From: Blastococcus sp.
GTDB lineage: Bacteria > Actinomycetota > Actinomycetes > Mycobacteriales > Geodermatophilaceae
NCBI GenBank assembly: GCA_025965695.1
Contig: JAOPWM010000193.1
Location: 6,093-70,092 of the forward strand
Direction of reading: 5' to 3'
DNA: 64,000 nucleotides
The stretch's first letter is position 1; each line of letters opens with the position of its first letter. The notes under the pieces are model-generated. The model did no database searches, was not told the origin of the DNA, and worked only from the letters and a program-made list of their open reading frames with translations. This document shows, in pieces, positions 9,278-20,247 of the stretch. Both the position numbers and the translations under genes were made by a program.

Positions 9278-10396
9278 TCAGGCCCGCGCGCGGCTCGACC
9301 GGTCGCGGCCGCCGAGCGGTCCGGTGCTGCTCCGCAGCACGAGCCGGACCGGAGACTTCGCGGGACTCGACACCTCCTCGCCACGGATGAGTGCGCGCAC
9401 CAGTGCACCGACCGTTCGACCACGCCCGCGCAAGGGCTGGGCGACGGTCGTCAGCGGTGGCTCCGCGACCCGGGCCGGCGGGGAGTCGTCGAAACCCACC
9501 ACCGACAGCTCCTCGGGCACCCGGATGCCGGCACCACGGGCGGCGCGGAGGACGCCGAGAGCCAGCTGGTCACTGCAGGCGAAGACCCCCGTCGGGGCGC
9601 CGGGCCCCGCCAGCAGGCCGGCGACCGCACGGGCTGCGGCGTCGGGTTCGTTGGCCATGCACTCGACCACCGTCACCTGGTCCCAGGACACGCCGGCTTC
9701 CGCCGCCGCAGCAGCCGCACCCGCAAGGCGCCGGGTCATGACCTGGTAGGTCGCCTCCTGCTGTCGACGGACGTCCGCTCTGCCCTCACGCCCGCCCGCC
9801 TGCAGCGGCATGGTCAGCACGGCGAGCCGCCGGTGGCCCAGCCCGAGCAGGTGCCGGACCGCAGCCTCGCCGCCGGCCGCATCGTCGATGCCGACCAGCG
9901 GGACGCCGGGCAGGAACGGCTGGTCCAGGACGACGACCGGCCGCCCCCGGGACCGGACGGCCGACACCGCCGGGTGGCCGTCCGGCAAGGACAGGACCAC
10001 CCAGGCGTCGACCGCCGCGTCACGGATGGACCGGAGCATGACCCCGTCGCCCCGGCCGGCGTGCAGCAGCAGGCCCAGACCGTCGAGCTGCAGCTCACGG
10101 GCCAGCCCGTCGAGGAACAGCACGGTCGTCGGGTCGGAGAAGGCGTGGGACAACCCCTCGTCGACGAGGACACCGACGGCGCCGACCCGCCCCCGGCGCA
10201 GACCGCGCGCCATCGGGTCCGGCCCGGAGAAGCCGAGTTCATCGGCGCGGGCGAGGATCCGCGCCCGAAGCGCCGGCGAGAGTTGGTCGGGACGGTTGTA
10301 GGCGTTCGACACGGTCGCCCGGGAGACACCCAGGTCGCGCGCCAGTGTGAGCAGTGTCAATCGACCGTTCGACGCCTCCGGTGGTTGTTTCCCCAC
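9278..10396 (-). CDS. LacI-family transcriptional regulator
   Basis: LARDLGVSRATVSNAYN HTH; LSVVGFDD and PPLTTV. Confidence 0.9.
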   Translation of the reverse strand: MGKQPPEASNGRLTLLTLARDLGVSRATVSNAYNRPDQLSPALRARILARADELGFSGPDPMARGLRRGRVGAVGVLVDEGLSHAFSDPTTVLFLDGLARELQLDGLGLLLHAGRGDGVMLRSIRDAAVDAWVVLSLPDGHPAVSAVRSRGRPVVVLDQPFLPGVPLVGIDDAAGGEAAVRHLLGLGHRRLAVLTMPLQAGGREGRADVRRQQEATYQVMTRRLAGAAAAAAEAGVSWDQVTVVECMANEPDAAARAVAGLLAGPGAPTGVFACSDQLALGVLRAARGAGIRVPEELSVVGFDDSPPARVAEPPLTTVAQPLRGRGRTVGALVRALIRGEEVSSPAKSPVRLVLRSSTGPLGGRDRSSRARA

Positions 10397-10612
10397 ATGC
10401 GCTCCCCGATGCCGCTACTCTTGCTTCTATAACGATTCAGAGACTAACTCTCGACCCATGACGGTGCCGAGACAGCGACATCCCGGGGAGCCGCAACGGG
10501 CCACCCTCGGGTACTGGGATCGGCCCGACAGCGCGGCTTTGCCGCACCAGCCGGGCAACAGAAGAGAGTCCGCGCCCGAGCGGACATCCCCGAGTCCGAA
10601 AGGCCAACTCCC

Positions 10613-11077
10613 GTGCTTCCCCTCCACCCCCTGACCCCCCTCGGTGGCGCGACCGCCCCCGAGGACCGCCGTGGCCGGATCCGCGCGCTCGTGCTCACGA
10701 GCGTCTCCCTGCTGGTCCTCGCAGCTGTCGCCGGCCCGACAGCGGACCTCGTCACGCTCACCCTCGCGGCGATCACGCTGGCCGCAGCCGCACTGCTCGG
10801 CCGGCGCGCCCGCCGAGCCGCTGCCACGATCACCCCGGCGCCCGCGGGAATCCCGATGGCCGACCCGTCCACCGCCGACGCCGAAGCCGTCACCCCGGAC
10901 GTCCTGACCGAGCGTCTCCGCGTGCTGCACGACGACCACGTCGAGCAGGTCAACATGGCACTGGCCGAAGGCCGCGAGGACCTGGCGCAGGAACTGTCCG
11001 ACAGCTACATGGACGAGTCGCTGGCCCTGATCACTACTGGTGGGCGCCGCTCGCCGGACCACTTCCACATTCAGTAA
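10613..11077 (+). CDS. Hypothetical membrane-anchored protein
   Basis: GAAAGG RBS before GTG; two hydrophobic segments, then an acidic helical domain. Confidence 0.6.
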   Translation: MLPLHPLTPLGGATAPEDRRGRIRALVLTSVSLLVLAAVAGPTADLVTLTLAAITLAAAALLGRRARRAAATITPAPAGIPMADPSTADAEAVTPDVLTERLRVLHDDHVEQVNMALAEGREDLAQELSDSYMDESLALITTGGRRSPDHFHIQ

Positions 11078-11112
11078 CCCCCTCGACAGGCCCTGCCCGA
11101 CAGGAGCGTCCG

Positions 11113-11379
11113 ATGGCCCGCAGAACCCGACGCCAGTCACCCCTCCAGCGTGAGCTCCTGCGACTCCTGCGCCCGCCCGTGCCGCAACTGGCCCGTCAGG
11201 TGAGCGAGCAGGCAGCCTTCGGGCTCGCCGAGGTCGGGCACAGTCATGCCGGCCGGCCGGCAGCGGAGGTGCTGCCGGCGCTGGAGGAGGCCGTGCGCTC
11301 GGTCGGGGGAAAGCCCGACCGGGCCGCGCTGGTCGAGTTCGCCGAGCAGATCGAGGCGGGCGAGAACCCGTTCCTGTGA
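11113..11379 (+). CDS. Small hypothetical protein
   Basis: AGGAG RBS, 88 aa with normal composition; follows the previous gene. Confidence 0.6.
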   Translation: MARRTRRQSPLQRELLRLLRPPVPQLARQVSEQAAFGLAEVGHSHAGRPAAEVLPALEEAVRSVGGKPDRAALVEFAEQIEAGENPFL

Positions 11380-11390
11380 GGGGCGGCGCC

Positions 11391-12128
11391 TCAGCGGCCG
11401 ACGAGCGTCGCCTCGAAGTCGTAGCGCGAGGCCCGGTACAGGTGACGCCCCAGCTCCACCGGGGTGCCGTGGTCGTCGAAGGCGACGCGCTGCATCGTCA
11501 GCAGCGCCGCACGCGGCGGCTCGTCGAGCAGTCTCGCCTCCTCCGCCCGGGCCAGCCGCGCTCCGATCCGCTGATGAGCGACCCGCAGGTGCACACCCCG
11601 CCCGCGCAGGAACTGGTACAGCCCCCGCTCGGACAGCTCCTCCACGGTCGGGTCGAACCGGCCCGGGAGGTAGTTGGTCATCAGGGCCAGTGGCTCACCG
11701 TGGGAGCGTCGCAGCCGACGGACGACGACGACATCGTCGCCCTCCCGTAGTTCGAGGTCCTCGGCGATGTCGGCCGCCGCGCGGAGTCGTTCCAGCGACA
11801 GCACGTCGGTGGTCGGCATCTCACCGCCGCGGGCCAGGTCGTCGTAGAGGCTGGTGAGCTCTACCGAGCGGCGGACGTGCGGCTGGATCACCTGGGTGCC
11901 CACGCCCCGCTTGCGGACCAGGAGCCCCTTGTCGACCAGTTCCTGCACCGCCCGGCGCACCGTCGGCCGCGACAGACCGTAGCGCTGGGCGAGCAGGACC
12001 TCGTTCTCCAGCTTGGAGCCGGACGGCAGGGACCCGCCCGCGATGGCCCCCTCGATCGCCTGGGCCAGCTGGAAGTACAGCGGCGTGGGACTGGAACGGT
12101 CGATCTCGAACGTCAGAACAGGTGCCAC
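11391..12128 (-). CDS. GntR/HutC-family (UTRA) regulator, likely the iol repressor
   Basis: PLYFQLA...LSRPTVRRAVQELV...RKRGVGT; UTRA domain; divergent from iolC. Confidence 0.88.
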   Translation of the reverse strand: MAPVLTFEIDRSSPTPLYFQLAQAIEGAIAGGSLPSGSKLENEVLLAQRYGLSRPTVRRAVQELVDKGLLVRKRGVGTQVIQPHVRRSVELTSLYDDLARGGEMPTTDVLSLERLRAAADIAEDLELREGDDVVVVRRLRRSHGEPLALMTNYLPGRFDPTVEELSERGLYQFLRGRGVHLRVAHQRIGARLARAEEARLLDEPPRAALLTMQRVAFDDHGTPVELGRHLYRASRYDFEATLVGR

Positions 12129-12265
12129 AGAGCCCCTCCTCGGATGGCGCCGCCACGGGACGGGCCGCTCGCCGGCGCCCCCGCCGTCTGGATGATCGCA
12201 GACCGGCCCCCCTCCTGCACTCATCACATCGTGGTGGCAGGTCAACAGTTCATATGTATGCATTG

Positions 12266-12310
12266 ATGTCAGGACAAAGCGTTGACACCACATGTGTCGT
12301 GGAGCACAGT
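12266..12310 (+). promoter_or_regulatory. iol operator (ATGTCAGGACAA) and promoter (-35 TTGACA 12282-12287, -10-like CACAGT 12305-12310)
   Basis: TGTC-N2-GACA palindrome next to a consensus -35 with a 17-bp spacer; AT-rich intergenic region. Confidence 0.6.
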
Positions 12311-12375
12311 CGGGGGCACGTGCAGCGCAGCTGAGAGCGCAGCGACGATCGTGCGGCGAAGGGTGGTGGCCGACC

Positions 12376-13374
12376 GTGGAGGACGCCCCGGAGGTACTGG
12401 TCATCGGGCGCAGCGGAACCGATGTCTACCCGCTGCAGACCGGCGTGGGGCTGGAGGACGTCGACACCTTCGGCAAGTACCTCGGCGGCAGCGCCGCCAA
12501 CGTGGCGGTCGCGGCGGCACGGCTGGGCCACTCCGTGGCGCTGATCAGCGGGGTCGGCGACGACCCGTTCGGCCGCTTCGTCCGCCAGGCGTTGCGCGAC
12601 CTCGGCGTCGAGGACCGGTACGTCATCGTCGACCCCGAGCACCCCACGCCGGTCACCTTCTGCGAGATCTTCCCGCCGGACGACTTCCCGCTGTACTTCT
12701 ACCGGCGACCCACCGCTCCCGACCTGCAGGTGCGGCCGGAGGACCTCGACCTGGCGGCGGTGCGCGGTGCGCAGCTGTTCTGGGCGACGGTCACCGGCCT
12801 GTCGGAGGAGCCGAGCCGGTCGGCGCACCACGCCGCGTGGGCGGCCCGCGGCCGGCGCTCGCACACGGTGCTCGATCTCGACTACCGGCCGATGTTCTGG
12901 GCCTCACGGGAGGAGGCGTCCGCGCAGGTCCGGGCTGCGCTCCCGCACGTCACCGTCGCGGTGGGCAACCGGGAGGAGTGCGAGGTCGCAGTCGGTGAGA
13001 CAGACGCCGACCGGGCCGCCGACGCGCTGCTCGCGGCCGGTGTCGAACTCGCCGTGGTGAAGCAGGGACCGCGGGGAGTGCTCGGCAAGACGCGCACCGA
13101 GCGCGTCGAGGTGCCCCCCACTCCGGTGGACGTGGTGAACGGCCTGGGCGCCGGGGACGCCTTCGGCGGAGCGCTCTGCCACGGCCTGCTGGCGGGACTC
13201 CCGCTGGAGCAGTTGCTCCGCAACGCCAACGCGGCCGGCGCGATCGTCGCCTCCCGCCTGGAGTGCTCGACGGCGATGCCCACCGCGGCCGAGATCGAGG
13301 CCCACCTCGCGGCTCATCCCCCGGCTGCCGCCGCCCTCGCTGCGACCACCCGCCTGGAGGGGTCCCGTGTCTGA
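12376..13374 (+). CDS. iolC: 5-dehydro-2-deoxygluconokinase
   Basis: PfkB motifs GGSAANVA and GAGDAF; GR...D.YP N-terminus; iol context. Confidence 0.92.
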   Translation: MEDAPEVLVIGRSGTDVYPLQTGVGLEDVDTFGKYLGGSAANVAVAAARLGHSVALISGVGDDPFGRFVRQALRDLGVEDRYVIVDPEHPTPVTFCEIFPPDDFPLYFYRRPTAPDLQVRPEDLDLAAVRGAQLFWATVTGLSEEPSRSAHHAAWAARGRRSHTVLDLDYRPMFWASREEASAQVRAALPHVTVAVGNREECEVAVGETDADRAADALLAAGVELAVVKQGPRGVLGKTRTERVEVPPTPVDVVNGLGAGDAFGGALCHGLLAGLPLEQLLRNANAAGAIVASRLECSTAMPTAAEIEAHLAAHPPAAAALAATTRLEGSRV

Positions 13375-14287
13375 CGTCCGCGCAGGGCTGCTCGACGCCG
13401 TCCCGGCTCCGCTGTGTTCCGGCTACGCGGAGATCACCGATCTGCGAAGCCGCGATCCGTGGGCGATCGGGCGGGCGCTGGCCACCCGCCGTCGCCGTCC
13501 GTCCTTCCTTCCCGCCGACGGGCGCCTGATGCTGATCGCCGCCGACCATCCGGCCCGTGGCGCGCTCGCCGCCCAGGGCCGCCCGACCGCCATGCACAGC
13601 CGCACCGACATGCTCGACCGGCTGCGCATCGCCCTGGCACGGCCGGGCGTCGACGGCCTGCTGGCAACCGCCGACATCGCCGAGGACCTGCTCCTGCTCG
13701 GAGCGCTCGAGGACAAGGTCGTCGTCGCCTCCATGAACCGCGGAGGGCTGGCCGGCTCCACCTTCGAACTCGACGACCGCATGACCGGCTACGACCCGGC
13801 CGGTGTCGTCCACTCGCGGTTCGATGCCGCCAAGATGCTCAACCGGATCGACCTGGACGACCCCGGAACGGTGGCGATGCTGGAGGCCGCCGGGCGGGCG
13901 ATCACCGAGCTGGCCCGCGCCGGTGTCATCTGCATGCTCGAGCCGTTCATGTCCCGCCGGGTGGACGGTGCGGTCGTGAACGACCTCAGCCCGGACGCGG
14001 TGATCAAGTCCGTGCACATCGCCCAAGGGCTGGGCTCGACGTCGGCCTTCACCTGGCTGAAGCTCCCCGTCGTCCCCGACATGGCCCGGGTCATGGATGC
14101 CACCACCCTCCCCACGCTGCTGCTCGGCGGCGACCCCTCGGACAGCCCCGAGGAGACCTTCGAGAGCTGGGCGTCCGCGCTGGCACTCCCGTCCGTGCGC
14201 GGCCTGGTGGTCGGCCGGACCCTGCTGTATCCCCCGGACGACGACGTCGCCGGTGCCGTCGACACCGCGGTGTCGCTCGTCCACTGA
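13367..14287 (+). CDS. Cgl0159-like (beta/alpha)8 aldolase of iol clusters
   Basis: IAADHPARG, SMNRGGL, WLKLP, GLVVGR. Confidence 0.8.
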   Translation: MSDVRAGLLDAVPAPLCSGYAEITDLRSRDPWAIGRALATRRRRPSFLPADGRLMLIAADHPARGALAAQGRPTAMHSRTDMLDRLRIALARPGVDGLLATADIAEDLLLLGALEDKVVVASMNRGGLAGSTFELDDRMTGYDPAGVVHSRFDAAKMLNRIDLDDPGTVAMLEAAGRAITELARAGVICMLEPFMSRRVDGAVVNDLSPDAVIKSVHIAQGLGSTSAFTWLKLPVVPDMARVMDATTLPTLLLGGDPSDSPEETFESWASALALPSVRGLVVGRTLLYPPDDDVAGAVDTAVSLVH

Positions 14288-14330
14288 CCGGCCCACCAGA
14301 AGCCGCACCTCCCAGAAGCCGAGGAGCAGG

Positions 14331-15302
14331 ATGACCACCGCAGCAGGGCCGCCCACCGCAGGAACGACGACGTCGCTGCACCTGCCCGCCGGCACTGCGG
14401 CGGCCGGCCCGTACGCGCTCGAGGTCACGCCCGAGTCGGCCGGCTGGGGCCATGCGAGCCTGCGGGTCCTCGAGCTGGCCGCCGGCGGTTCGCATCTCCT
14501 GGACACCGGCCCGGACGAGATTCTCGTCGTCCCCCTGGCCGGCAGCCTCCTCGTGGAGTGCGAAGGCGAGACGGTTCCCCTGGCCGGTCGCAGTACTGTA
14601 TTCGCCGGTCCGACGGACTTCGCCTACCTGCCGCGCGACGCCGTGGCCACGCTGCGCAGCGAGCGGGGCGGCCGGTTCGCACTCTGCGGCGCCCGGGCCC
14701 GCCGGCGACTGCCGGTGCGGTACGGCCCCGCCGCGGGCGTCCCCGTCGAGCTGCGCGGGGCCGGCCGGTGCAGCCGGCAGGTGAACAACTTCGCCACGGC
14801 AGACGTCTTCGAGGCGGACGCGGTCATCGCCTGCGAGGTCATCACGCCGGCGGGGAACTGGTCGTCCTACCCGCCGCACAAGCACGACCGGACGTCGGAC
14901 GTGGAGACCGAACTCGAGGAGATCTACTACTTCGAGGTGTCCCGGGGGCCGGAGGGTCAGGCCGGGCTGGCCTACCAACGGGTCTACGGGACCCCGGAGC
15001 GGCCGATCGACGTGCTGGCGGAGGTCCGCGACGGCGACGTCGTGCTGATCCCGCACGGCTGGCACGGCCCCTCGATCGCCGCACCCGGCCACGACCTCTA
15101 CTACCTCAACGTCATGGCCGGGCCGGGGGCCGAGCGCGCCTGGCGGATCGTCGACGACCCTGAACACGCCTGGATCCGCGACACCTGGGCGGCGGAGGAC
15201 GTCGACCCACGGCTGCCGCTGCACTCCGCCGATTCCCCGAGGCCCACCGATTTCCCCGAGCCCACCCATTCCCCCAGCCAGAACGGAGCGCTCCGGTCGT
15301 GA
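14331..15302 (+). CDS. iolB: 5-deoxy-glucuronate isomerase
   Basis: GNWSSYPPHKHD, LEEIYYF, YYLNVMAG. Confidence 0.93.
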   Translation: MTTAAGPPTAGTTTSLHLPAGTAAAGPYALEVTPESAGWGHASLRVLELAAGGSHLLDTGPDEILVVPLAGSLLVECEGETVPLAGRSTVFAGPTDFAYLPRDAVATLRSERGGRFALCGARARRRLPVRYGPAAGVPVELRGAGRCSRQVNNFATADVFEADAVIACEVITPAGNWSSYPPHKHDRTSDVETELEEIYYFEVSRGPEGQAGLAYQRVYGTPERPIDVLAEVRDGDVVLIPHGWHGPSIAAPGHDLYYLNVMAGPGAERAWRIVDDPEHAWIRDTWAAEDVDPRLPLHSADSPRPTDFPEPTHSPSQNGALRS

Positions 15303-17251
15303 GCGAGCCCACCGCCCCTCCCGTGCGGACCGACACCGTGCGCCTGACCGTGTCCCAGGCCGTGGTCCGCTTCCTGGCCGGGCAGCACACCGAGCGGGAC
15401 GGGCACCGTCGGCGGCTGTTCGCCGGCTGCTTCGGCATCTTCGGCCACGGCAACGTCGCGGGCCTCGGGCAGGCGCTGCTGCAGGCAGAGATCGCCGACC
15501 CGGAACTCCTCCCCTACGTGCTCGGCCGCAACGAGCAGGCGATGGTGCACACGGCCGCCGCCTACGCGCGGGCCAGGGACCGGCTGCAGACCTGGGCGGT
15601 CTCCTCCAGCGTGGGCCCGGGCGCGACCAACATGGTCACCGGTGCGGCCCTCGCCACCATCAACCGGCTGCCGGTGCTGCTGCTGCCGGCCGACACCTTC
15701 GCCACCCGCGCCTCCGCGCCGGTGCTGCAGGAACTCGAGCGCCCCGACAGCGGCGACATCACGGTCAACGACGCCTTCCGCCCCGTCTCCCGGTACTTCG
15801 ACCGGGTGTGGCGGCCCGAGCAGCTGCCCGGTGCCCTGCTCGGGGCCATGCGCGTCCTGACCGACCCCGTGGAGACCGGCGCGGTGACGGTCGCCATCCC
15901 GCAGGACGTGCAGGCCGAGGCACACGACTGGCCGGTCGAGCTGTTCGCCGAGCGCACCTGGCACGTGGGCCGTCCACTGCCGGAGCCGGCGGCGCTGCAG
16001 CGGGCCGCCGAGATCATCCGCTCGGCCCGCACGCCGTTGATCGTCGCGGGCGGCGGCGTCATCTATTCCGGCGCCACCGATGCGCTGGATGCCTTCGTCA
16101 CTGCGACCGGCATTCCGGTGGGCCAGACCCAGGCGGGCAAGGGTGCGCTGCCGTTCGACCACCCGCAGTCCGTCGGCGCCATCGGTTCCACCGGCACCAC
16201 GGCGGCCAACGCACTCGCCCGCGAGGCCGACGTCGTCATCGGCATCGGCACCCGCTACAGCGACTTCACGACCGCCTCGCGGACCGCATTCAGCAACCCC
16301 GGCGTGCGGTTCGTCAACATCAACGTGGCGTCGCTGGACGCGGTCAAGCAGTCCGGCGTCGGCGTGGTGGCCGACGCCCGCCAGACGCTCGAGGCGCTCA
16401 CCCAGGCACTGGCCGGGTGGTCGGTCGACGAGGCGTACCGGAACCGCACCGCCGCGCTCGCCGCGGAGTGGGAGGCGACCGTCGAGGCCGCATACCACCC
16501 GGCGACCCCCAGCGCGGGAAAGGGCGGCCGGCTCACCCAGAACGAGGTCATCGGCGCGGTGAACGAGGTGTCCGCACCGCGGGACGTCGTCGTCTGCGCA
16601 GCCGGCTCCATGCCCGGGGACCTGCACAAGCTGTGGCGGACCCGCGACCCCAAGGGCTACCACGTCGAGTACGGCTACTCGTGCATGGGCTACGAGGTCG
16701 CCGGCGGGATCGGGGTCGCCATGGCCGAGCCCGACCGCGACGTCTTCGTCATGGTCGGCGACGGGTCCTACCTGATGATGGCCACCGAGCTGGTGACCGC
16801 CGTCCAGGAGGGCATCAAGGTCGTCGTCGTCCTGGTACAGAACCACGGCTTCGCCTCGATCGGCGCGCTCTCCGAGCAGCTGGGCTCCCAGCGCTTCGGC
16901 ACCCGGTACCGCTACCGCTCGGCATCGGGCCGGCTCGACGGCGACGTGCTGCCCGTCGACCTCGCCGCCAACGCGGCCAGCCTGGGCGTCGACGTCCTGG
17001 TCGCCCAGGACGGGCCCGGCCTCGAGGCGGCCCTGCGCAAGGCCAAGGCCGGCGACCGCACGACCGTGGTGCACGTCGAGACCGACCCGCTGATCGATGC
17101 ACCGGAGAGCGAGTCCTGGTGGGACGTCCCGGTCAGCGAGATCTCCACGCTGGAGAGCACCCAGGACGCCCGCGCCGTCTACGAGCGCTGGAAGACCCGC
17201 CAGCACCCGTACCTCGCGCCGTCCGAGCACGGCACCACATCCCGCTCCTGA
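15299..17251 (+). CDS. iolD: 3D-(3,5/4)-trihydroxycyclohexane-1,2-dione acylhydrolase
   Basis: GIFGHGNVAG, NEQAM, YHVEYGYSCMGYE, GDGSYLM. Confidence 0.95.
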   Translation: MSEPTAPPVRTDTVRLTVSQAVVRFLAGQHTERDGHRRRLFAGCFGIFGHGNVAGLGQALLQAEIADPELLPYVLGRNEQAMVHTAAAYARARDRLQTWAVSSSVGPGATNMVTGAALATINRLPVLLLPADTFATRASAPVLQELERPDSGDITVNDAFRPVSRYFDRVWRPEQLPGALLGAMRVLTDPVETGAVTVAIPQDVQAEAHDWPVELFAERTWHVGRPLPEPAALQRAAEIIRSARTPLIVAGGGVIYSGATDALDAFVTATGIPVGQTQAGKGALPFDHPQSVGAIGSTGTTAANALAREADVVIGIGTRYSDFTTASRTAFSNPGVRFVNINVASLDAVKQSGVGVVADARQTLEALTQALAGWSVDEAYRNRTAALAAEWEATVEAAYHPATPSAGKGGRLTQNEVIGAVNEVSAPRDVVVCAAGSMPGDLHKLWRTRDPKGYHVEYGYSCMGYEVAGGIGVAMAEPDRDVFVMVGDGSYLMMATELVTAVQEGIKVVVVLVQNHGFASIGALSEQLGSQRFGTRYRYRSASGRLDGDVLPVDLAANAASLGVDVLVAQDGPGLEAALRKAKAGDRTTVVHVETDPLIDAPESESWWDVPVSEISTLESTQDARAVYERWKTRQHPYLAPSEHGTTSRS

Positions 17252-17285
17252 GACCGTCCGACCATCCAGACCCGGAGGAAGACAC

Positions 17286-18266
17286 ATGAGCACGCAGAGC
17301 CAGGCGGCGCCGACGCAGTCGCGGACGGGCATGAGCCGGATCCGGGTGGGGTCGGCCCCGGACTCGTGGGGCGTCTGGTTCCCCGACGACCCGCAGCAGG
17401 TGCCCTGGCAACGGTTCCTCGACGAGGTCAGCGCCTGCGGCTACGAGTGGATCGAGCTGGGGCCCTACGGTTACCTCCCCACCGACCCGGCGCGGCTCGC
17501 CGACGAGCTCGGCTCCCGCAACCTGAAGGTCACGGCCGGAACGGTGTTCGAGCACCTGCACCGGCCCGACTCCTGGGACGCGGTGTGGAGCCAGGTGAAG
17601 GATGTCGCGGCGCTGACCCAGGCGATGGGCGGCACGCACGTCGTCGTCATCCCCGACACCTTCCGCGACCAGAAGACCGGTTCCGACGTCGAGTCCCGGG
17701 ACCTCACACCGGAGGCGTGGCGCGCCATGACCACCGGCGTCGACCGGCTGGGCCGCGCGGTGCAGGAGGAGTACGGCCTGAGCATCGCCTTCCACCCGCA
17801 CGCCGAGAGCCACGTCGGCTACCAGGCCGACATCGAGCGCTTCCTGGCCGACACCGACCCGGCCTACGTGCCGCTGTGCCTGGACACCGGCCACGTCAGC
17901 TACTACCGCGGCGACAACCTGGACCTGATCCGCCGCTATCCCCAGCGGATCGGCTACCTGCACCTCAAGCAGGTAGACCCCGCCGTGATCGACCGGGTGC
18001 TGGCCGAGGACATCACGTGGCCGGACGCGGTGAAGATGGGCGCGATGGTCGAGCCGCCGCACGGCGTGCCCGACTATCCGCCGCTGCTGGAGGCCATCGA
18101 GGAGCTGGGACTCGACGTCTTCGCGATCGTCGAGCACGACCTGTACCCGTGTTCCCCGGACGTGCCGCTGCCGATCGCGCAGCGCACCCACCGCTACATC
18201 TCCGGCTGCGGCATCCGGTCCCTCGAGATCGGCCGGCCGGCGACCGCCGCGGAACAGCAGTCATGA
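17286..18266 (+). CDS. iolE: Inosose dehydratase-like TIM-barrel protein
   Basis: [27 protein letters not shown]; lies between iolD and iolG. Confidence 0.75.
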   Translation: MSTQSQAAPTQSRTGMSRIRVGSAPDSWGVWFPDDPQQVPWQRFLDEVSACGYEWIELGPYGYLPTDPARLADELGSRNLKVTAGTVFEHLHRPDSWDAVWSQVKDVAALTQAMGGTHVVVIPDTFRDQKTGSDVESRDLTPEAWRAMTTGVDRLGRAVQEEYGLSIAFHPHAESHVGYQADIERFLADTDPAYVPLCLDTGHVSYYRGDNLDLIRRYPQRIGYLHLKQVDPAVIDRVLAEDITWPDAVKMGAMVEPPHGVPDYPPLLEAIEELGLDVFAIVEHDLYPCSPDVPLPIAQRTHRYISGCGIRSLEIGRPATAAEQQS

Positions 18267-19336
18267 CGACCACCGAGACCTCCGCGGGCGTCCTCCCGGT
18301 GATGGCCGACGTCCCGGCCGACGAACTGCGCGTCGCCGTACTGGGCGTCGGGATGATGGGCGCCGACCACGTGGCGCGCCTGCACAGCCGCATCTCCGGC
18401 GCGAGGGTGGTCGCGGTCAGCGACGCCTTCACCGACAAGGCCGAGCAGGTGGCCGCGGAGGTTCCCGGCTGCCGGGTGATCGCCGACCCGCTCGCCGCGA
18501 TCGCCGACCGCGGCGTCGACGCCGTCGTCATCGCCAGCCCGGGGCAGTTCCACGAGGCCCAGGTGCTGGCCTGCGTCCATCGCGGCATCCCGGTGCTGTG
18601 CGAGAAGCCCCTGACCATGGATGCGGAGAGTTCGCTCGCCGTCGTCCGGGCCGAGGACGAGTTCGCCGCCCGCACGGGACGCCGGCTCGTCCAGGTGGGG
18701 TTCATGCGCCGCTTCGACCCCGAGTACGCGCAGCTGCGGGGGCTCATCGCGTCCGGGGCGATCGGCGAACCGCTGGTCGTGCACTGCGTGCACCGCAACG
18801 CCGCGGTGCCGCCGCACTTCACCAGCGAGATGATGATCACCGACTCGGTGGTGCACGAGGTCGACGTCGCGCGCTTCCTCCTCGACGAGGAGATCGCCGC
18901 GGTCACCGTGCTGCGGCCGCGGCCGACCCGGCATGCGGTGGCGGGTCAGTCCGATCCCCTGCTCGTGACCTTCGAGATGGCCGGCGGGCGGATCGTCGAC
19001 GTCGAGTGCTTCGTGAGCACCGGCGTGGCCTACGAGGTCCGCACGGAGGTGGTCGCCGAGGACGGCAGCGCGATGATCGGCCTCGACGCCGGACTGGTCC
19101 GGCAGACCGGCGCCCCGTCGGGTGCCATACGCAGCACCGCGATCGCGCCCGGCTTCCGCGAGCGGTTCGGGCGCGCCTACGACATCGAGGTGCAGCGCTG
19201 GGTGGACGCCGCCCGCCGCGGCACGATCGACGGCCCAGGAGTCTGGGACGGCTACGCGGCCTCGGCCGTGTGCACCGCCGGGGTGGAGGCGCTCCGCTCC
19301 GGGCAGCGCACCGAGGTCCGATTGGCGCAGCGATGA
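18263..19336 (+). CDS. iolG: myo-inositol 2-dehydrogenase (Gfo/Idh/MocA)
   Basis: [29 protein letters not shown]. Confidence 0.88.
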   Translation: MTTTETSAGVLPVMADVPADELRVAVLGVGMMGADHVARLHSRISGARVVAVSDAFTDKAEQVAAEVPGCRVIADPLAAIADRGVDAVVIASPGQFHEAQVLACVHRGIPVLCEKPLTMDAESSLAVVRAEDEFAARTGRRLVQVGFMRRFDPEYAQLRGLIASGAIGEPLVVHCVHRNAAVPPHFTSEMMITDSVVHEVDVARFLLDEEIAAVTVLRPRPTRHAVAGQSDPLLVTFEMAGGRIVDVECFVSTGVAYEVRTEVVAEDGSAMIGLDAGLVRQTGAPSGAIRSTAIAPGFRERFGRAYDIEVQRWVDAARRGTIDGPGVWDGYAASAVCTAGVEALRSGQRTEVRLAQR

Positions 19337-20223
19337 GGATCGCCCTGGACCCGCAGATGCTGCGGACGACGCCTCTGCTGGAGCTGCCCGACGTCGTGGC
19401 CGGGATGGGCTACGAGTGGATCGAGCTCTCTCCCCGCGACGACTTCATCCCCTTCTTCAAGCACCCCCGGGTCGATCTCGCCACGGTGCGTTCCTTCCGG
19501 TCGAAGCTGGCCGATGCCGGCATCGGCGTCACCTCGCTGCTCCCGGTCATGCGCTGGTCCGGACCGGGCGAGGAGGAGCGAGAGGCCGCCGTGCGCTACT
19601 GGCGGCGGGCGATCGAGATCTGCGCGGAACTCGGTGTGGACACGATGAACAGCGAGTTCAACGGCCGCCCGGAGGCCCCGGAGCTCGCCGAGGCGATGTT
19701 CTGGCGGTCGATGGAGGAGCTGCTGCCGGTCTTCGAGCACGAGGGGATCCGGCTCGTACTGGAGCCCCATCCCGACGACTTCATCGAGCTGGGCCACCCG
19801 GCCGTCGACATGGTCAGGGGCATCGACTCCCCGAACGTGTCCTTCCTGTACTGCCTGCCGCACACGTTCCACCAGGGCGATGACGCAGCCGGGATCATCG
19901 CGTACGCCGGCGACCTGCTCACCCACGTGCATGTCGCCGACTCGATGGACCACACCGCCTCCGGCGGCCTGCGCTACATCACCAATCCGCCGGGCAACAC
20001 CACCCGGGTCCACCAGCACGCCGAGATCGGCCGCGGCGACGTCGACTTCGACGAGGCCTTCGCGGCCCTGGCCGGCATCGGCTTCGACGGCGTCCTCACC
20101 ACCTGCGTCTTCGGCTGGGACGACGAGGCCCGCGAGTCGGGCATCCGCATGCTGGCGGCCATCCGCTCGCTGGTCGGCAAGCACTTCCCCGACGACACAG
20201 CCTCCGACACCCCCAACCCCTAA
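19333..20223 (+). CDS. iolH: IolH-like sugar phosphate isomerase/epimerase
   Basis: MRIALDP, ELSPR.DF.PFF.HPR, EPHPDDF, YITNPPG..RVHQH. Confidence 0.75.
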   Translation: MRIALDPQMLRTTPLLELPDVVAGMGYEWIELSPRDDFIPFFKHPRVDLATVRSFRSKLADAGIGVTSLLPVMRWSGPGEEEREAAVRYWRRAIEICAELGVDTMNSEFNGRPEAPELAEAMFWRSMEELLPVFEHEGIRLVLEPHPDDFIELGHPAVDMVRGIDSPNVSFLYCLPHTFHQGDDAAGIIAYAGDLLTHVHVADSMDHTASGGLRYITNPPGNTTRVHQHAEIGRGDVDFDEAFAALAGIGFDGVLTTCVFGWDDEARESGIRMLAAIRSLVGKHFPDDTASDTPNP

Positions 20224-20247
20224 CCCCCACCCCTGAAGGGGATCGCC

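Noticed and set aside
10460-10612. Known riboswitch (SAM-IV, ZTP, c-di-AMP)
   Set aside because: Conserved core sequences were not recognised; kept only as a low-interest structured leader
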